Assembly (NCBI GenBank): GCA_017482355.1
Contig: JAFUNJ010000002.1
Span: 11,092 to 75,091 of the forward strand
Reading direction: 5' to 3'
Source of the DNA: Clostridia bacterium
Lineage (GTDB): Bacteria > Bacillota > Clostridia > Oscillospirales > CAG-272
Length of the DNA: 64,000 bases
A program made the translations under genes and the position numbers. The notes beneath the pieces are model-generated. The model made no database searches and had not been told where the DNA came from. It saw only the letters and a list, made by a program, of their open reading frames with translations. Positions 8,428 through 17,104 of the stretch are shown here, in pieces. The number at the start of each line of letters is the position of its first letter. Position 1 is the stretch's first letter.

Positions 8428-8720
8428 TTTTACCACTTTTCTTTGCTCGTGCAAAGAAAAGTTCCAAAAGAAAGCACGCCAAGGGGAAAACCGATAAAAA
8501 CGCGTTCGCGTTTTTTATACGTTTTCCCCTTTGGAAACCCCTTTCGTTTTAAGGAAGATTTACCACGTTGTCTTGCCTTCCCCTCAGGGGAAGGTGGCGG
8601 CGAAGCCGTCGGATGAGGTGTAGGTTGCGAAGCAACCGTGTGTTGAAGGAAAGTAACATCGTTTTTGCACGGAAGGGGGACCCCTTCCCCACGAGAATGA
8701 TTTTATATTTTTTCGCAATA
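8428..8720. repeat. Modular hairpin-chain intergenic repeat, family 1
   Basis: Nested and serial stem-loops at 8436-8461, 8494-8518, 8576-8594, 8596-8610 and 8623-8637. Shares modules with 10832-11075, 39190-39487, 43403-43759 and 54741-54905. 8610-8666 is a perfect reverse-complement copy of 39283-39339. Confidence 0.85.
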
Positions 8721-8721
8721 C

Positions 8722-8748
8722 AAAAAAGGACGGAAGAACCGTCCTTTT
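8722..8748. terminator. Bidirectional terminator between the M14 peptidase gene and hemW
   Basis: A6, ggacgg-aagaa-ccgtcc, T4. Confidence 0.65.
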
Positions 8749-8754
8749 GGGTGA

Positions 8755-9942
8755 TTATTTATCGGTGCCGTTTGCGATGCCTGAGAGGATATCGCTGTCG
8801 AAATCGAACATTGATGAGAGGATATAGTTTGAAACGTACATTCCCTTCGGCGTGAACGACCAGCTTCTGTCCTTCTTACGGACGAAGCCGTTTTTCTCAT
8901 ATTTTTCGAGGTATTTACCGAAGAGACGCTCGAAATCTATTCCGAACGCAGCAGCGAAAAACTCGGTATCTACGCCCTCGCTCAGGCGCATACGGAGCAT
9001 TACGTATTCGCCGATGCGCTCGTTATCTTTGATCTCATAATTTTCGCTCAGGATATCGGGAACGCTGCCCGGCATTTCCATATTCTTAACGTAATCGGAG
9101 ATATTCTTCTTATAAGCGAAGCGGCGGTTTCCGAAATAGGAATGTGCGCCCGGTCCGAAGCCGATATATTCCTCGCAGTTCCAATAGCGCAGGTTATGCA
9201 CACACTGATGTCCCGGCTTCGAGAAGTTACTTATCTCGTACTGCGCGTAGCCCTTTGAGGAAAGATATTCGACCGTATCGAAATACATCTTACACTCGGT
9301 GTCCTCGTCGGGAAGCGCGAGGGTATCCTTTCTTTCGTCAAAGGGTGTTCCCTCCTCGATCTTCAGTCCGTACACCGAGATATGCTCGGGGCGGAGCGCG
9401 GTCACTGTTCTGAGCGTATTTGCGAAGCTTTCGGGGGTCTGATTCGGGATACCGTACATAAGGTCGATGCTTATATTATCGAAGCCCGCCTTACGTGCGA
9501 TACGGTAGCTTTCTTCAAAATCCGCGTAGGTATGTATTCTTCCGAGAGCGCGAAGCTCGTCATCGTTTGCGCTTTGCAGTCCTATGCTGAGACGGTTCAC
9601 GCCTGCGTGACGGAGCTTGCGGAGAGACGCTGTTTTAAGCGTCGCAGGGTTTGCCTCGATAGTGAATTCTGCGTCTCCGCAGACGTTGAAGTTATCATAT
9701 ATGCCGTCGATGACCTTAAGGAGCTGCTTTGTACTCAGCATTGAGGGCGTACCGCCGCCGAAGAAAATACTGTCGACATCGTGGCGCGATGCCGCCTTTG
9801 CATAGTCCTGCATCTGAAGCACTATCGCGTTTACGTATCTGTCTGCACAGGACGAATCGGTTATTGAATAGAAGTCACAGTACGGGCATTTACTTTGGCA
9901 AAATGGAAAATGGATATATAAGCCGAGAGTTTTATCTGTCAT
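8755..9942 (-). CDS. hemW: Radical SAM heme chaperone HemW (HemN-like)
   Basis: 395 aa. LYIHFPFCQSKCPYCDF (CxxxCxxC) and a HemN_C-like C-terminus. Confidence 0.9.
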   Translation of the reverse strand: MTDKTLGLYIHFPFCQSKCPYCDFYSITDSSCADRYVNAIVLQMQDYAKAASRHDVDSIFFGGGTPSMLSTKQLLKVIDGIYDNFNVCGDAEFTIEANPATLKTASLRKLRHAGVNRLSIGLQSANDDELRALGRIHTYADFEESYRIARKAGFDNISIDLMYGIPNQTPESFANTLRTVTALRPEHISVYGLKIEEGTPFDERKDTLALPDEDTECKMYFDTVEYLSSKGYAQYEISNFSKPGHQCVHNLRYWNCEEYIGFGPGAHSYFGNRRFAYKKNISDYVKNMEMPGSVPDILSENYEIKDNERIGEYVMLRMRLSEGVDTEFFAAAFGIDFERLFGKYLEKYEKNGFVRKKDRSWSFTPKGMYVSNYILSSMFDFDSDILSGIANGTDK

Positions 9943-9986
9943 TTTTTATTCCTCTGATAAATATTTATTTGGGGTATGATCTCGCG

Positions 9987-10182
9987 CGTATTTAGCCTCC
10001 CTCCGGGAGGGAGGTGACATTTGCGCAGCAAATGACGGAGGGAGCCCGCGATGTAAATGATTACGAAGAAGATACCCTTCTCATCCAAGGCGGATCCATA
10101 AATATTTGTCATCAAAAGTATCTCGCCCGAAGGCTCCTCCACCGCCTTCGGCGGAGCCCCCTCCCAGAGGGAGCCACAAAGG
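9987..10182. repeat. Hairpin-chain intergenic repeat, family 2
   Basis: cctccct-ccgg-agggagg, catttgc-gca-gcaaatg, ccgcc-ttc-ggcgg and ctccc-aga-gggag. Both ends align with the reverse complement of 3279-3412. Confidence 0.75.
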
Positions 10183-10252
10183 TTCTTTGCAACAAACAGT
10201 TTAAGTCTAAACTATATTCATTATATCACATAAAGGCGCAGGTGACAAGAGT

Positions 10253-10828
10253 TTGGTTAATAAAACAAAAAAATTTATAATTCATCCTTCTACGATAATT
10301 TTTTTAATTATTTTGTCGATTTCGGGCGTTGGGTACGAGGGTATCATCACGCTTTTCTGTGCGCTCGTTCACGAGCTTGGACACTATTTTGCCGCGAAGA
10401 TCTGCCGTGCGGCGCCGACAAGGATAGTCATTTATCCTTTTGGCGCGGATATGGCGTTGCCTATCGGTTTGCGGTCTTACAAAGCCGATATTTTTATAGC
10501 TCTCTGCGGCCCTACGCTTAATCTTATTCTCCTTTTTCTCGGAATAACACTTTCGCTCGGGGAATTTTTCTGCGCCTGCAATCTCGCGCTTGCCTTTATA
10601 AACCTGATGCCGATACGTGGGCTTGACGGCGGAACTGTTTTGGAGAATCTTCTCCTTACGTTTCTAACGCCGAACACGGCGGAAAGGGTGCTTTTGGGAT
10701 CAACGTTTTTTATCCTCCTTTTCCTCTATTTATTCTCGGTTTATTTTCTGTTTTCGGGCGTGGGTGATCCGTCGCTGTTTATTATCGTTTGCGCGATGTT
10801 TGTATCGTCGGTGGTGAGGAGAAGATAA
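10253..10828 (+). CDS. Site-2 protease family (M50) membrane metalloprotease, short SpoIVFB-like form
   Basis: HELGH (HExxH) in a TM helix and NLMPIRGLDGG (NxxPxxxLDG). 191 aa with no CBS domain. Non-ATG start in the ORF track. Confidence 0.75.
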   Translation: MVNKTKKFIIHPSTIIFLIILSISGVGYEGIITLFCALVHELGHYFAAKICRAAPTRIVIYPFGADMALPIGLRSYKADIFIALCGPTLNLILLFLGITLSLGEFFCACNLALAFINLMPIRGLDGGTVLENLLLTFLTPNTAERVLLGSTFFILLFLYLFSVYFLFSGVGDPSLFIIVCAMFVSSVVRRR

Positions 10829-10831
10829 GAT

Positions 10832-11075
10832 TCATTTGCAGGGGAGGTGTCTCCCTCTCGCATAAAACAATGTTACATCGTTTTAAAACACCTCATTCAC
10901 CGCTACCGCGGCCCCCTTCCCCAAGGGGAAGGCAAGACAACGTGGCAAAGCTTCATTAAATCGAAAGGGGGTTCCAAAGGGGAAAACGTGTGCAGAATTT
11001 TGCCTTTGCAAAATTCAAACCCGTTGTCACCTTGGTGCCGTTCTTTGCTGTAGGTTTGCGAAGCAAAACTACTCA
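10832..11075. repeat. Modular hairpin-chain intergenic repeat, family 1
   Basis: Contains aaaacaatgttac (10864-10876), ccttccccaaggggaagg (10915-10932), aaatcgaaagggggttccaaaggggaaaacgt (10958-10989), hairpin 10995-11016 and gtttgc-gaa-gcaaa. Confidence 0.85.
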
Positions 11076-11129
11076 TTTCATTGGGCAAGCAAGAAAGTTG
11101 AAAAAAAACAACGATACCATAAGAAAACC

Positions 11130-11209
11130 GAGGATACGCGAGGATAACGGAGGATTTTAAGAAAAATCCCGAAAAACTCCCGTCTAATCACGCCTAATCG
11201 CGCTTAATC
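11130..11209 (+). promoter_or_regulatory. Two sets of three direct repeats at exact 10-bp phasing upstream of the pot promoter
   Basis: gaggata/gaggata/gaggatt at 11130, 11140 and 11150. taatc(a/g)cg at 11185, 11195 and 11205. Inverted repeat ggatttt-aagaa-aaaatcc between them. Confidence 0.4.
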
Positions 11210-11239
11210 GCGGTTTTTCAAGATATTTTTACAAAACTA

Positions 11240-11268
11240 TTGCATTTTCCTTTACATAATGATACAAT
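11240..11268 (+). promoter_or_regulatory. Sigma-A type promoter of potABCD
   Basis: TTGCAT (11240-11245), 17-nt spacer ending in TGa, TACAAT (11263-11268). Confidence 0.55.
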
Positions 11269-11328
11269 TATGCTGTATTTCTATTTAGGGGTATTTTTGC
11301 CCCGTGAAAGGCGGTCGATAATTGTAAA

Positions 11329-12498
11329 ATGGAAAACAATACTGAGATAATTATTCGTCTTCAAAACGTCGTAAAATCTTACGATGGCGAACAGATTTTA
11401 AAGAGTATTAATCTTGACATAAGAGATAAGGAATTTATTACCCTGCTCGGTCCCTCGGGCTGCGGTAAAACGACTACTCTCCGTATTATCGGCGGCTTCG
11501 AAACTCCCGACGACGGACACGTATATTTCGACGGAAAGGACGTAAAGGACGTTCCCCCTTACGAAAGACCGGTAAATACGGTATTCCAAAAGTACGCCCT
11601 TTTCCCTCATCTCAACGTCTATGAAAATATTGCCTTCGGTCCGCGTCTTCGCAAAATGGACAAGAAGGAGCTTCACGAAAAGGTTCTTAAAATGCTCGAG
11701 GTAGTCAACCTCAAGGGCTTTGAAAGAAGAAAGGTCACTACCCTCTCCGGCGGTCAGCAGCAGAGAGTTGCTATCGCGCGCGCTCTTATAAACGAGCCGC
11801 GAGTTCTTCTCCTCGACGAGCCGCTCGGCGCGCTCGACCTCAAGCTCCGCAAGGACATGCAGATGGAGCTTAAAAACATTCAGCAAAGAACCGGCATCAC
11901 CTTCGTTTACGTCACGCACGATCAGGAGGAGGCGCTTTCGATGTCCGATACCGTCGTTGTTATGGACAACGGAGAGATACAGCAGATCGGTTCTCCTCAG
12001 GATATTTACAACGAGCCCGAAAACGCATTCGTTGCCGATTTTATCGGCGAAAGTAACATCGTTGACGGCGTTATGCACGAGGACTATCTCGTTTCCTTCT
12101 CGGGCAAAAAGTTCCGCTGTCTTGACAACGGCTTTGAGAAAAACGAGCCCGTTGACGTAGTCGTGCGTCCCGAGGACGTTGACGTCGTTTCCGTTGAGCG
12201 CGGAATGCTCACGGGTGTCGTTACCAGCGTCACCTTCAAGGGCGTTCACTATGAAATTATTGTTGATATCGGCGGATTCAAGTGGATGATCCAGACGACC
12301 GATTACGTTGAAAACGGCGCGTCTATCGGTCTTTACATTGAGCCCGACGCTATCCACGTTATGAAGAAGTCGGAATTCTCCGGTATGTTCGGCGACTATT
12401 CGACCTTCTCCGAGGAAATGGAGCACATGTCAGACCCGACGTTTGATCCCGATTCCGAGGATGAGGAAGAGGATGTCTCGGAGGAGACCGAAGAATGA
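11329..12498 (+). CDS. potA: Spermidine/putrescine ABC transporter ATP-binding protein PotA
   Basis: [35 protein letters not shown] and a TOBE-like C-domain. Unusual acidic tail [15 protein letters not shown]. Confidence 0.9.
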   Translation: MENNTEIIIRLQNVVKSYDGEQILKSINLDIRDKEFITLLGPSGCGKTTTLRIIGGFETPDDGHVYFDGKDVKDVPPYERPVNTVFQKYALFPHLNVYENIAFGPRLRKMDKKELHEKVLKMLEVVNLKGFERRKVTTLSGGQQQRVAIARALINEPRVLLLDEPLGALDLKLRKDMQMELKNIQQRTGITFVYVTHDQEEALSMSDTVVVMDNGEIQQIGSPQDIYNEPENAFVADFIGESNIVDGVMHEDYLVSFSGKKFRCLDNGFEKNEPVDVVVRPEDVDVVSVERGMLTGVVTSVTFKGVHYEIIVDIGGFKWMIQTTDYVENGASIGLYIEPDAIHVMKKSEFSGMFGDYSTFSEEMEHMSDPTFDPDSEDEEEDVSEETEE

Positions 12499-13316
12499 AG
12501 CGTAAAAGCATTTTCCAGCGTATGGCGGCGGCTCCCCATATCGTCTGGATGGTGATGTTCATCGTCGCCCCCATGCTTTTCGTACTCTACTTCGCCTTTA
12601 CCGACGAAAAGGGCCGCTTCACCTTTGATAATATTCTTTCTCTTTCGGGTTACTCGAACGTATTTGTTCTTTCGATCGCCTTTGCGCTTATTGCGACCGT
12701 GATATGCCTCCTTATCGGCTATCCGCTTGCGTATTTTATGTCGAAGGCGTCGCCGCGGACGAGAAAGCTTCTTATGGTGCTTATAATGCTCCCTATGTGG
12801 TGCAACCTTCTTATCCGCACCTACGCACTCATGGCTCTCCTTGATAACGGAGGTCTCTTAAACGCTCTCCTCGTCAAGCTCGGGCTTAACAAGCTTTATA
12901 TTGTCGGATCCGATTTCGGCGTTATTCTCGGTATGGTCTACGACTTCCTGCCTTACATGGTTCTTCCGATCTTCACTACAATGACGAAGCTCGACAAGAG
13001 ATACATTGAGGCAGCAGCCGATCTCGGCTGTAACAGCTGGCAGACCATGACAAAGGTCGTTATGCCTCTTACCGTTTCGGGCGTTATTTCGGGAGTTACG
13101 ATGGTATTCGTGCCTTCGATCTCGACCTTCTACATCTCTCAGAAGCTCGGCGCAGGCAAGATAGACCTTGTCGGTGATACCATTGAGCGTCTCTTTAAGA
13201 ACACCAGCACCTACAACGTCGGTGCAGCCGTTTCGCTCGTTATGATGGTACTCATCATTATCTCCGTCGGAATCATGAACAAGTTTTCCGACGATGACGG
13301 AGGTATAATAGTATGA
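12495..13316 (+). CDS. potB: Spermidine/putrescine ABC transporter permease PotB
   Basis: Six TM segments and EAA loop [22 protein letters not shown]. 4-nt overlap with potA. Confidence 0.85.
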   Translation: MKRKSIFQRMAAAPHIVWMVMFIVAPMLFVLYFAFTDEKGRFTFDNILSLSGYSNVFVLSIAFALIATVICLLIGYPLAYFMSKASPRTRKLLMVLIMLPMWCNLLIRTYALMALLDNGGLLNALLVKLGLNKLYIVGSDFGVILGMVYDFLPYMVLPIFTTMTKLDKRYIEAAADLGCNSWQTMTKVVMPLTVSGVISGVTMVFVPSISTFYISQKLGAGKIDLVGDTIERLFKNTSTYNVGAAVSLVMMVLIIISVGIMNKFSDDDGGIIV

Positions 13317-14134
13317 AAAAGTTTCTTTCAAGCGGTTATATCTTCCTCATTTTCGCGCTCCTTTACGCACCGATCCTCGTTCTTATCGTTTTCTCCTTTA
13401 ACGAGGGCGGCTCGCTCAGCGAATTTACGGGATTTTCCTTCACCTGGTACAAGGAGCTCTTTAACGACGAGCAGGCGCTGACTGCGCTCAAAAACTCGCT
13501 CGTGCTTGCGGTGCTATCCTCCTGTATTGCGACCGTTATCGGAACCTTTGCCGCGCTCGGTCTTCATCACATGAAGAGAAAATGGGCAAAGGGCGCGATC
13601 ACGTCGATCACAAACATTCCGATGATGAACCCCGATATTGTTACCGGCGTTTCGATGATGCTTCTTTTCGTTGCAGTTGCGACCATCATCAAGGCAAACG
13701 ACTTTATGGGCTTCGGCACGATGCTCGTGGCACACACGACCTTCAACCTGCCCTACGTTCTCCTTTCTGTAACTCCGCGCTTCAATGCGCTCGACAAGTC
13801 GCTCTCCGAGGCGGCTATGGATCTCGGCTGTACCCCTGCAAGAGCGTTCTTCTCGGTAGAGCTTCCCGAGATAGTTCCCGGAATCGTTTCGGGTCTTATG
13901 CTCGGATTCACGATGTCTCTTGACGATTTCGTCATCAGCCACTTCGTGTCCTCGCCGAATTTCCAGACGCTTCCCCTTTACGTTTACAACCAGACCGTGC
14001 ATAACGTAAAATTCAGTATGTACGCGCTCTGCGCAATTATCGTTGCGACTATTCTCGCGATCCTTCTTATCGTCAATTTCGCCGGCTCGATGGGCGACCG
14101 CAGAAGCCGTCGTGCGAAAGGGGGGGCAAGATGA
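13313..14134 (+). CDS. potC: Spermidine/putrescine ABC transporter permease PotC
   Basis: EAA loop SEAAMDLGCTPARAFFSVELP. 4-nt overlaps on both sides. Confidence 0.85.
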   Translation: MKKFLSSGYIFLIFALLYAPILVLIVFSFNEGGSLSEFTGFSFTWYKELFNDEQALTALKNSLVLAVLSSCIATVIGTFAALGLHHMKRKWAKGAITSITNIPMMNPDIVTGVSMMLLFVAVATIIKANDFMGFGTMLVAHTTFNLPYVLLSVTPRFNALDKSLSEAAMDLGCTPARAFFSVELPEIVPGIVSGLMLGFTMSLDDFVISHFVSSPNFQTLPLYVYNQTVHNVKFSMYALCAIIVATILAILLIVNFAGSMGDRRSRRAKGGAR

Positions 14135-15357
14135 AAAGATTTGTTTCTTTAATTCTTATCTGCCTTGTGCTCGCGCCGATGCTCTTCTCCTGCTCGAAGG
14201 GCGAAGAAAAAGTAAAGACCCTTTACGTTTACAACTGGGGTGAATACATCTCGGACGGAAGCGAGGGCTGTCTTGACTCGAACAAGGCGTTTGAGGATTG
14301 GTACTACAAGGAAACGGGCGAGCGCGTAAAGGTCGTTTATTCGACCTTCTCGTCGAACGAGGATATGTACGCGAAGCTTAGTTCCGGCTCGGTAAGCTAC
14401 GACATCGTCGTTCCGTCCGACTATATGATAGAGCGCCTCAGAGAAGAGGATATGCTCGCTCCCCTTAACTATGATAACATTCCCAACGCAAAAAACATCG
14501 TTGAAGAATTCAGAGTGTTGAATTGCGATACCGACGATGACGGTAACGGTTACAGCGACTACTCGATTCCCTATTTCTACGGAATGATCGGAATTATCTA
14601 CAACACGACGATGGTCGATAAAGCAGATATCGGATCGTGGGATCTCATGTGGAATCCGAAGTACAAGGGCAACATTCTTCAGTTCAATAACTCTCGTGAC
14701 GCCTTCGGTACTGCGCAGTACAAGCTCGGTCTTGACGTTAACAGCGAGAATCCGAAGCAATGGCGCCTGGCTCTTGAGGAGCTTCGCAAGCAGAAGGACA
14801 TCGTTCAGGGCTACGTCATGGACGAGATCTTCAACAAGATGGAGGGTGGCTCCGCCGCTATCGCCGCCTACTATGCAGGCGACTTCCTCGCTATGTACGA
14901 GAACAACGAAGATCTCGATTTCTACTATCCCGAAGAGGGCACTAACCTCTACGTCGATGCTATGTGCGTTCCCAAGTCGAGCAAAAACAAGGAGCTCGCC
15001 GAGGCATATATAAACTTTATGCTCTCCGAAGAGCCCGCCGTCGCAAACGCACTCTACACCTATTACGCTTCGCCCAACAAGGTCGTTCTTGAAAGCGAGG
15101 AGTACAAGGAGGGAATGAATAGCATAAGAGAAGACGCATACGAGCTTATGTACAATACCGATGCTCTCAAAACCGCTACCTCCTACGAGAATCTTCCGGG
15201 AAGTCAGCTTGCGCTTATCAACAATCTGTGGGAAGAGCTGAAGTCGGATATTGAGATCAGTCCTCTTATTTATATTCTCTGCATCGGAATAGTTATCGCG
15301 CTTGCGTTCTTTGGAATTTTCTTTGCTGTTCGCAAAAGGATCAGAAATAATTATTGA
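14131..15357 (+). CDS. potD: Polyamine-binding lipoprotein PotD with an extra C-terminal TM helix
   Basis: Lipobox LFSC, PotD-type SBP body, and a C-terminal hydrophobic segment LIYILCIGIVIALAFFGIFFAV followed by RKRIRNNY. Confidence 0.85.
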   Translation: MKRFVSLILICLVLAPMLFSCSKGEEKVKTLYVYNWGEYISDGSEGCLDSNKAFEDWYYKETGERVKVVYSTFSSNEDMYAKLSSGSVSYDIVVPSDYMIERLREEDMLAPLNYDNIPNAKNIVEEFRVLNCDTDDDGNGYSDYSIPYFYGMIGIIYNTTMVDKADIGSWDLMWNPKYKGNILQFNNSRDAFGTAQYKLGLDVNSENPKQWRLALEELRKQKDIVQGYVMDEIFNKMEGGSAAIAAYYAGDFLAMYENNEDLDFYYPEEGTNLYVDAMCVPKSSKNKELAEAYINFMLSEEPAVANALYTYYASPNKVVLESEEYKEGMNSIREDAYELMYNTDALKTATSYENLPGSQLALINNLWEELKSDIEISPLIYILCIGIVIALAFFGIFFAVRKRIRNNY

Positions 15358-15374
15358 TTTGAGGTAGCTACTGT

Positions 15375-15752
15375 ATGTACGCTAATATCGGAAAGAAAAT
15401 TATGATTCTCGCGGTCGTCATAGCGATAATAATGATGATCGTTTCTGCCCTTCACGGAGTTATTCTCTTGATCAAAGGTCAGGGCGTGATCGGCGTTATA
15501 ACAATGGTATTCGGACCGTTCGTGTCCTGGATCGCCGGATTCTTCATTTACGGCTTCGGACGCCTTATTGACAACACCGACTATATTGCCCGTAAGATGG
15601 GTCGCCGTGACGGCTTCGGTATTCCCGATGTTTCCGACAAGCTCGATTGGAGCACGCCCGAGGAGGACGAAACAGTCGAGGAACCAGTCACGCCTCCCAA
15701 TTTTATTGCGCAAAGAGTTGTGACCGAAAAGGATCCCGATAAGGATAATTAA
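15375..15752 (+). CDS. Small membrane protein, unknown function
   Basis: 125 aa. Two or three hydrophobic helices then an acidic tail. Lies 17 nt after potD and before a terminator. Confidence 0.5.
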   Translation: MYANIGKKIMILAVVIAIIMMIVSALHGVILLIKGQGVIGVITMVFGPFVSWIAGFFIYGFGRLIDNTDYIARKMGRRDGFGIPDVSDKLDWSTPEEDETVEEPVTPPNFIAQRVVTEKDPDKDN

Positions 15753-15756
15753 ATTG

Positions 15757-15788
15757 AAACACGCTCTCAAAAGAGGGCGTGTTTTTTT
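15757..15788 (+). terminator. Rho-independent terminator of the pot operon
   Basis: acacgctctc-aaaa-gagggcgtgt followed by T7. Confidence 0.8.
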
Positions 15789-15878
15789 GGAAATAGTGTT
15801 ACATCACACCAAAACGATGTTGCATCGTTTTGCGACACTGATGCAAAAAACAACCGAGCATTTGCTCGGTTGTTTCTC
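15789..15878. repeat. Short family-1-related hairpin block
   Basis: aaaacgatg-ttg-catcgtttt (contains the aaaacgatgttgc word) and acaaccgagc-attt-gctcggttgt. Confidence 0.6.
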
Positions 15879-16394
15879 TATATTCAGTTTTTTATTTCCT
15901 TATTTTGTGTTTCTTAACTTATCTTGTTTCCGACTCCGCATGATCTATATGAATCATTTTTCATTTGCGTAATCAAGCTTTCCAACTTCTTCCCTTACGG
16001 CTCGGAAACTCTTTTCTTTTTCGGTTTTCTCTTTTCTTTCAGATTTTCGGTAAGCTGTTTTTTCTCACCCGCGGCTGCGGCTTTTTCATCTCTTAACTTA
16101 CCGTTTATCTTACTTTTTCCTTTTGTGCTCGGCACTTACGGTGTTAAGAAACGATCACGCATTTACGGGTGAATACTGCTGTTCATCTTGTGCCAACGGT
16201 ATCACCACTTTCATTTTTATTCTGCTATTTCCTTTAGCATCTTCATTTTAGCACAACTTTTTCTGTTTGTCAATAGGTTTTTTATAAAATTTTACTAAAA
16301 TTTTGTGAAAATCAGTTTTTGTTAACATCGTGTAACTTTTTAGACGATTCTATTGACATGGGCGACCGACTTAGTGTATAATTAATATGTTAGT

Positions 16395-17051
16395 TTGTTT
16401 TTTGGAGACATCATGCACTATTTATTTGATTTTGACGGAACGCTCGCCGATTCGATGCCGACTTGGGCGGGCTTTCATGTTTCTATGCTGAAGGAATACG
16501 GCATTCCCTGCCCCGACGAATTCGTCAAGACGATCACTCCGCTTGGCAACGTTCGCGCATCGGAATATACGATCTCGCTCGGCGTGCCACTCACGCTTGA
16601 AGAATATCTTGACAGAATGCAGGTCGTGCTTTCGGAGCAGTACGGAAACCGTATTTTGCTCAAAAAGGGCGTTGAAAAAACGCTTCGTCACCTTATTTCA
16701 GAGGGTCACACGGTTCACGTTCTGACTGCGTCGCCGCATAAATATATTGATCCATGCCTTAAGCGTAACGGTATTTACGAGCTTTTCGATAAGGTCTGGT
16801 CGATAGACGATTTCGGTTACCCGAAGAGCGAGGTCATAATTTATGAGGAAGCGGCAAATCGTCTCGGTGTCAGCGTTTCCGACTGTGTTTTCGTCGATGA
16901 CAACCTCACCTGCTGTCTTACCGGAAAAAAGGCGGGAATGACCGTCATCGGAATTTACGATGAGACCTCGTCGAACCTCGTCGAGGAGATCAAAGCGGCG
17001 TCGGACAGGTACGTTTACGAGTTTGATGAGATAATTGATATTGAGTTTTGA
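16395..17051 (+). CDS. HAD-family hydrolase
   Basis: Motif I FDFDGTLADS and motif IV-like VFVDDN. The likely true start is the ATG at 16413 (MHYLFDFDG). Promoter candidate TTGACA 16353 / TATAAT 16377. Confidence 0.8.
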   Translation: MFFGDIMHYLFDFDGTLADSMPTWAGFHVSMLKEYGIPCPDEFVKTITPLGNVRASEYTISLGVPLTLEEYLDRMQVVLSEQYGNRILLKKGVEKTLRHLISEGHTVHVLTASPHKYIDPCLKRNGIYELFDKVWSIDDFGYPKSEVIIYEEAANRLGVSVSDCVFVDDNLTCCLTGKKAGMTVIGIYDETSSNLVEEIKAASDRYVYEFDEIIDIEF

Positions 17052-17076
17052 AAAGCGCCTCATCAGGCGCTTTTAT
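17051..17076 (+). terminator. Rho-independent terminator
   Basis: aaaagcgcc-tcatca-ggcgctttt. Confidence 0.7.
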
Positions 17077-17104
17077 TATTAAACTCGCTCGCTTCAAGGA
17101 ACAC

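Noticed and set aside
8407-8900. ORFs inside the intergenic repeat blocks: 8407-8616, 8568-8855, 8703-8900, 10847-11088, 17048-17263, 39125-39430, 39145-39402, 43235-43766 and 9939-10280.
   Set aside because: They are composed of the hairpin modules themselves. Identical peptide strings such as MRCRLRSNRVLKESNIVF simply reflect the 57-nt DNA repeat in opposite genomic orientations. They lack an RBS and are Arg/Pro/Gly-rich nonsense.
11398-12426. Long antisense ORFs opposite well-supported genes. These are 342 aa opposite potA, 6275-7141 opposite the DUF4091 gene, 17493-18455 and 18465-19169 opposite pepF, 43506-44300 opposite spoIIE, 48336-49274 opposite the gpsA-like gene, 50680-51528 and 51435-52154, and 57829-58752 and 59281-59967 opposite the large secreted protein.
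   Set aside because: Each lies fully inside a gene whose product has clear family motifs on the other strand. Their translations are low-complexity (R, L, V, F-rich) with no recognisable motifs, no RBS and no start context. They are typical shadow ORFs of codon-biased genes.
15924-16172. 82-aa plus-strand ORF in the pyrimidine-rich region.
   Set aside because: The translation is F/S/L/P low-complexity produced by the T/C skew. No RBS is present. The region is reported as an ORF-poor anomaly instead.
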